Assembly (NCBI GenBank): GCA_021432655.1
Contig: MU271310.1
Coordinates: 62,001-97,726, forward strand
Length of the DNA: 35,726 bases
Source: Atractiella rhizophila
Taxonomy: Eukaryota
Reading direction: 5' to 3'
In this document: positions 35,039 through 35,726 of the stretch, in pieces
How the letters are laid out: each line of letters starts with the position of its first letter
How positions within the stretch are numbered: position 1 is the stretch's first letter
Made by a program: the position numbers and the translations under genes
Notes under the pieces: model-generated
What the model was told of the DNA's origin: nothing
Database searches by the model: none
The model's input: the letters and a program-made list of their open reading frames with translations, nothing else

Positions 35039-35726
35039 CTCCATTTGTTCATTTCCCGCCATTTTACCACCCCCTCCTGTCCACGTTCATTGTTCAAGGA
35101 AGTCATCGTCTGGTCTCACTTTATTGAATTAATCGTATTTACGATCTAACTCAAGGGAGTCTCAGCGAACCGGGCAAAGAACATTCTCATTTGTTGCGGC
35201 ACATGATACGGACAATTTTCGATAACATAAGTCTGAATGCGAAGAAGTCTAATTTTTCTTTCAGTTTGGGATTTTAATGTGCCTTTCGGATAGCTAGCCT
35301 CTGCACCTGCATGAGTTAGGATATGTCAACTTGCCAAGATGCCCTGATACTGACACTCACTCTTTACTTTTTATTCTTTCCGGGGGATCCTCCGGTCTTC
35401 CCTTCCGTCGATGCAGAAGAAGTAGGCGGATTATTAGGGACATTATGAAAATTTTGCGTGGTTGTTTTGGTCGCATTCGGATTATAGGATGTCGACTTGG
35501 GACATGTCGTTGAACCGCAGTCATAGTCCCACTTTTTCTTGGTGTTGCTGTTGTAAGCAGTGCCGCACTGCCCAGGTTCATGTTAATGCTTGCTTGCGAT
35601 AAAGAGCAAAATATTTACCATGATTGCAGGACTTAGAAATTAGACGAAAGATCGGGTGGTGTAGGACAGACGAGTGAAACAGATTAAATCCTGTTGACTA
35701 AAGGCCCTTTTATGATCCGGTACCTG

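Overview
Intron-rich eukaryotic DNA, fungal and most likely basidiomycete (inferred from intron density and gene families), with two 25-N gaps. Host genes: a 5'-partial Ser/Pro-rich gene, a Methyltransf_16-type methyltransferase cut by a gap, a 4-TM membrane protein in two versions, a multi-exon short ABCC (YOR1/MRP-like) transporter, an intronless F-box gene and three damaged copies of a fungal kinase-like gene. The main structure is a CACTA/CMC-like DNA transposon (7970-21911, CAC...GTG ends, TA duplication) carrying a spliced DDE transposase and a divergent accessory gene. Its ends can be read directly because the empty insertion site is also present, inside a 6.1-kb second copy of the neighbourhood (11554-17683) that interrupts the transposase and may be a mis-assembled second haplotype. 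The oddest sequence-level signal is a tandem copy of the F-box 5' region that differs mainly by dense 1-3 nt deletions.
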